Below are positions 61,782-64,000 of a stretch of 64,000 nucleotides of DNA, in pieces (positions within the stretch are counted from its first letter, which is position 1; each line of letters opens with the position of its first letter). Source of the stretch: an uncultured Pseudomonadota bacterium (GTDB lineage Bacteria > Pseudomonadota > Alphaproteobacteria > JACZXZ01); contig CAVVLJ010000021.1 in assembly GCA_963749075.1 (NCBI GenBank), positions 192,001 to 256,000 of the forward strand, given 5' to 3'. Under the pieces are notes generated by a model that ran no database searches, had not been told where the DNA came from, and worked only from the letters and a program-made list of their open reading frames with translations. A program made the translations under genes and the position numbers.

Positions 61782-62573
61782 ATGCCCGCCTCTCCCAGGC
61801 GCCGCCATGTCCTCGGCATCAATCCGGTCACGCTTCTCAGTCTCCTCGTCCTCATCCTTGCCTGGGTCGCCGTCACGGAGCTCGGCCTCGTCGACGACCT
61901 CTTCCTCCCGGGTCCCGGCCTCCTTTGGGCCGGCTTCCTCGATCTCCTCGAGAACGGCTACCGCAGCCGCAGCCTCTGGGAGCATGCCGGGCTCAGCCTC
62001 GAGCGCGTGCTCGCGGGCTTCTTGACCGGCGCCGTCTTCGGCACCCTCTTGGGCCTCGGAATGGGCTACGAGCGCCGCATCGAGGCGCTCTTCAGCCCGC
62101 TCGTCGAGTTCCTCAGGCCGCTGCCGCAGCTCGCCTATCTCGTCCTCCTCATCGTCTGGTTCGGCATCGGCGAGGAGGCGCAGATCATCCTCCTCTTCTT
62201 GACCGCCTTTCCGGTCTCGGCGATCGCCGCCATGGACGGCGTCAAGAGCGCCTCCCTCCAGCGCATGCAGGCGGCCAAGGCGCTCGGCGCCAGCGAGTGG
62301 CAGGTCTTCCGCTACGTCGTCTTCCCCTCGGCGCTGCACGAGATCTTCACCGGCGCCCGCTTAGCTATCGGCGTCGTCTATGCCACGCTCATCGCCGCCG
62401 AGATCATCGCCGGCAGCACCGGGCTCGGCTGGATGATCCTCGATGCCGGGCGCTTCCTGCGCTCGGACTACGTCTTCGTCGGCATCCTCATCATCGGCCT
62501 GATGGGCCTGGCGCTCGACCGGCTGCTCCTGGCCCTTGAGCATCGCGTCGTCCATTGGGCGGGACGGGATTGA
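61782..62573 (+). CDS. Taurine/sulfonate-type ABC permease 2
   Basis: RPLPQLAY, AAKALGAS, IAAEII; paralogous to permease 1. Confidence 0.88.
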   Translation: MPASPRRRHVLGINPVTLLSLLVLILAWVAVTELGLVDDLFLPGPGLLWAGFLDLLENGYRSRSLWEHAGLSLERVLAGFLTGAVFGTLLGLGMGYERRIEALFSPLVEFLRPLPQLAYLVLLIVWFGIGEEAQIILLFLTAFPVSAIAAMDGVKSASLQRMQAAKALGASEWQVFRYVVFPSALHEIFTGARLAIGVVYATLIAAEIIAGSTGLGWMILDAGRFLRSDYVFVGILIIGLMGLALDRLLLALEHRVVHWAGRD

Positions 62574-62645
62574 TCAAATCCGGTACGGGGGTCCCGGACG
62601 GGGAGCAAGACCCTCATGGAGAGAGCCAGGAAAGAGGAGGCGACA

Positions 62646-63707
62646 ATGGGAGATCGCGATTTCGGGTCGGGCACGCTCAAGCGGCGCACCTTCATGAAGA
62701 CCGTCACGCTCTCGGGTGCGGCACTGGTGGCCGGCTTGCCGGCGCGGGCGCTTCTTGCCGCCGGCAAGGCGCCCGACAGCGTCCGCGTGGCCTTCTTCGT
62801 CGAAACCAAGCCGACGATGATCGCCAAGGGCGAGGGCTGGTTCGAGAAGATGGCGGGCGGCCCGATCGCCTGGAGCGAGGTCGGCAGCGGCGCCGAGATC
62901 AACACGGCGATGGCGGCGAAATCGGTCGACATCGGGCTCGCCATCGGCTCCTCGCCCACGGCGGCCGGCATCAGCCAGAAGATCCCCTACGAGCTCGTCG
63001 GCATGGTCGACAACATCGGCCCGGCCGAGGACATGATCGTGCGCAAGGCGGCCAACATCAAGGCGCCGGCCGATTTCAAGGGGAAGAAGGTGGCGACGCC
63101 GTTCGGCTCGACTTCCCATTTCCGCCTGCTCGGCTACCTCAAGACCAACGGCCTCAGCGAGAAGGACGTGACCGTGCTCGACCTCAAGCCCGATGCCGAG
63201 GTTGCGGCCTGGACGCGCGGCGACATCGACGCCGCCTATGTCTGGAGCCCGGCCAAGTCGAAGATGCTCGAGGCCGGCGGCGTCAGCTTCCCGACCTGGA
63301 AGAAGCTGGACGCCGCGGGCTACGTGATCGCCGATCTCATCGTGGCGCGCGCGGAGTTCAGCACCGCCTATCCGGACGCCATGGTCGGTTTCCTCCACGC
63401 CTATCGCAACGCGCTCGCCATGTACAAGAGCAAGCCCGCCGAGGCCGAGGCGATCGTCGGCAAGCAGGCGGGCGTCAGCGCCGAGGTCGCCAAGCACGAC
63501 ATGGGCGAGTACGACTTCGTCACCTTCGAGCGCCAGCTCTCGCCGGCCTGGCTCGGCACCCCCGGCCATGCCGGAAAGTTCGCCACCGTGCTGAAGAGCA
63601 CCGCCGACTTCCTCGTGGCGCAGAAGAGCATCCGCGCCGCACCCGGGATCGAGGCCTTTGAGAAGGCGATCAATACCAGCTTCCTCGCGAAGGCGGCGAA
63701 GGCGTAG
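62646..63707 (+). CDS. TauA-like substrate-binding protein with Tat signal
   Basis: KRRTFMK twin-arginine motif; IGSSP, KKVATPFGSTSHF, AAWTRGDIDAAYVW. Confidence 0.85.
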   Translation: MGDRDFGSGTLKRRTFMKTVTLSGAALVAGLPARALLAAGKAPDSVRVAFFVETKPTMIAKGEGWFEKMAGGPIAWSEVGSGAEINTAMAAKSVDIGLAIGSSPTAAGISQKIPYELVGMVDNIGPAEDMIVRKAANIKAPADFKGKKVATPFGSTSHFRLLGYLKTNGLSEKDVTVLDLKPDAEVAAWTRGDIDAAYVWSPAKSKMLEAGGVSFPTWKKLDAAGYVIADLIVARAEFSTAYPDAMVGFLHAYRNALAMYKSKPAEAEAIVGKQAGVSAEVAKHDMGEYDFVTFERQLSPAWLGTPGHAGKFATVLKSTADFLVAQKSIRAAPGIEAFEKAINTSFLAKAAKA

Positions 63708-63732
63708 TCGCAAAATCATCGATGCCGAACGG

Positions 63733-63832
63733 ACCCCCCTCCCTGACCCTCCCCCTCAAGGGGGGAGGGGAGGTTCATGGCATGACAACAAAACTCCCCC
63801 TCCCCCTTGAAGGGGGAGGGTAGGGAGGGGGT
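63733..63832. repeat. Inverted pair of REP-like palindromes
   Basis: acccccctccctgaccctccccctcaaggggggagggg ... ccccctcccccttgaagggggagggtagggagggggt. Confidence 0.75.
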
Positions 63833-63838
63833 GAGGGC

Positions 63839-64000
63839 ATGTCCGCGCCCTTCGTCGAATTCGCCGGCCTCTCCGTCGAGTACCCATCCAAGGACGGGCC
63901 GGTCCTTGCGCTGGAAGGCATCGACCTCGCCTTCGCGGCCGGCGACTTCGTCTGCATCGTCGGCCCCTCGGGGTGCGGCAAGACGACCCTCATGCAGACG
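63839..64000 (+). CDS. ABC ATP-binding subunit (TauB/SsuB-like), truncated by window edge
   Basis: MSAPFVEF...[17 protein letters not shown] Walker A. Confidence 0.88.
   Translation, partial: MSAPFVEFAGLSVEYPSKDGPVLALEGIDLAFAAGDFVCIVGPSGCGKTTLMQT

Noticed and set aside
63733-63832. CRISPR or IS-end interpretation of the repeats here and at 60715-60797
   Set aside because: No regularly spaced direct repeats with spacers, no cas genes, no transposase; they fit REP-like palindromes

Overview
A high-GC chromosomal segment of an Alphaproteobacterium (gene content suggests Rhodospirillales-like; taxonomy is inference). It is built on the conserved alphaproteobacterial backbone tRNA-Gly, proX, cnoX, LON-N, trm112, ubi hydroxylase, glnK-amtB, ftsK, lolA, xth, cenR, L,D-transpeptidase, yggS. 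Accessory blocks sit within this backbone. (1) Two homologous ~70-aa membrane microproteins (28 of the first 54 residues identical, no gaps) flank glnK-amtB. (2) A tandem lolA duplication, puuD-like hydrolase, TPR/2OG oxygenase, a candidate three-hairpin sRNA and an orphan ferredoxin reductase lie between ftsK and xth. (3) A 16.5-kb divergent locus combines an ABC exporter with a degenerate, internally duplicated NBD, a stand-alone cyclic-nucleotide-binding protein and a methyltransferase with four glycosyltransferases (one frameshifted), a phosphatase, a deacetylase and a family-5 ABC importer. (4) A pgaABCD (PNAG) operon plus a FitA/VapC toxin-antitoxin pair sits between cysD-cysNC and asnB/GT genes. 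(5) A taurine/sulfonate-type ABC importer with REP-like palindromes ends the window. No CRISPR array, integrase or transposase was seen. All calls come from reading motifs by eye; no database searches were run.
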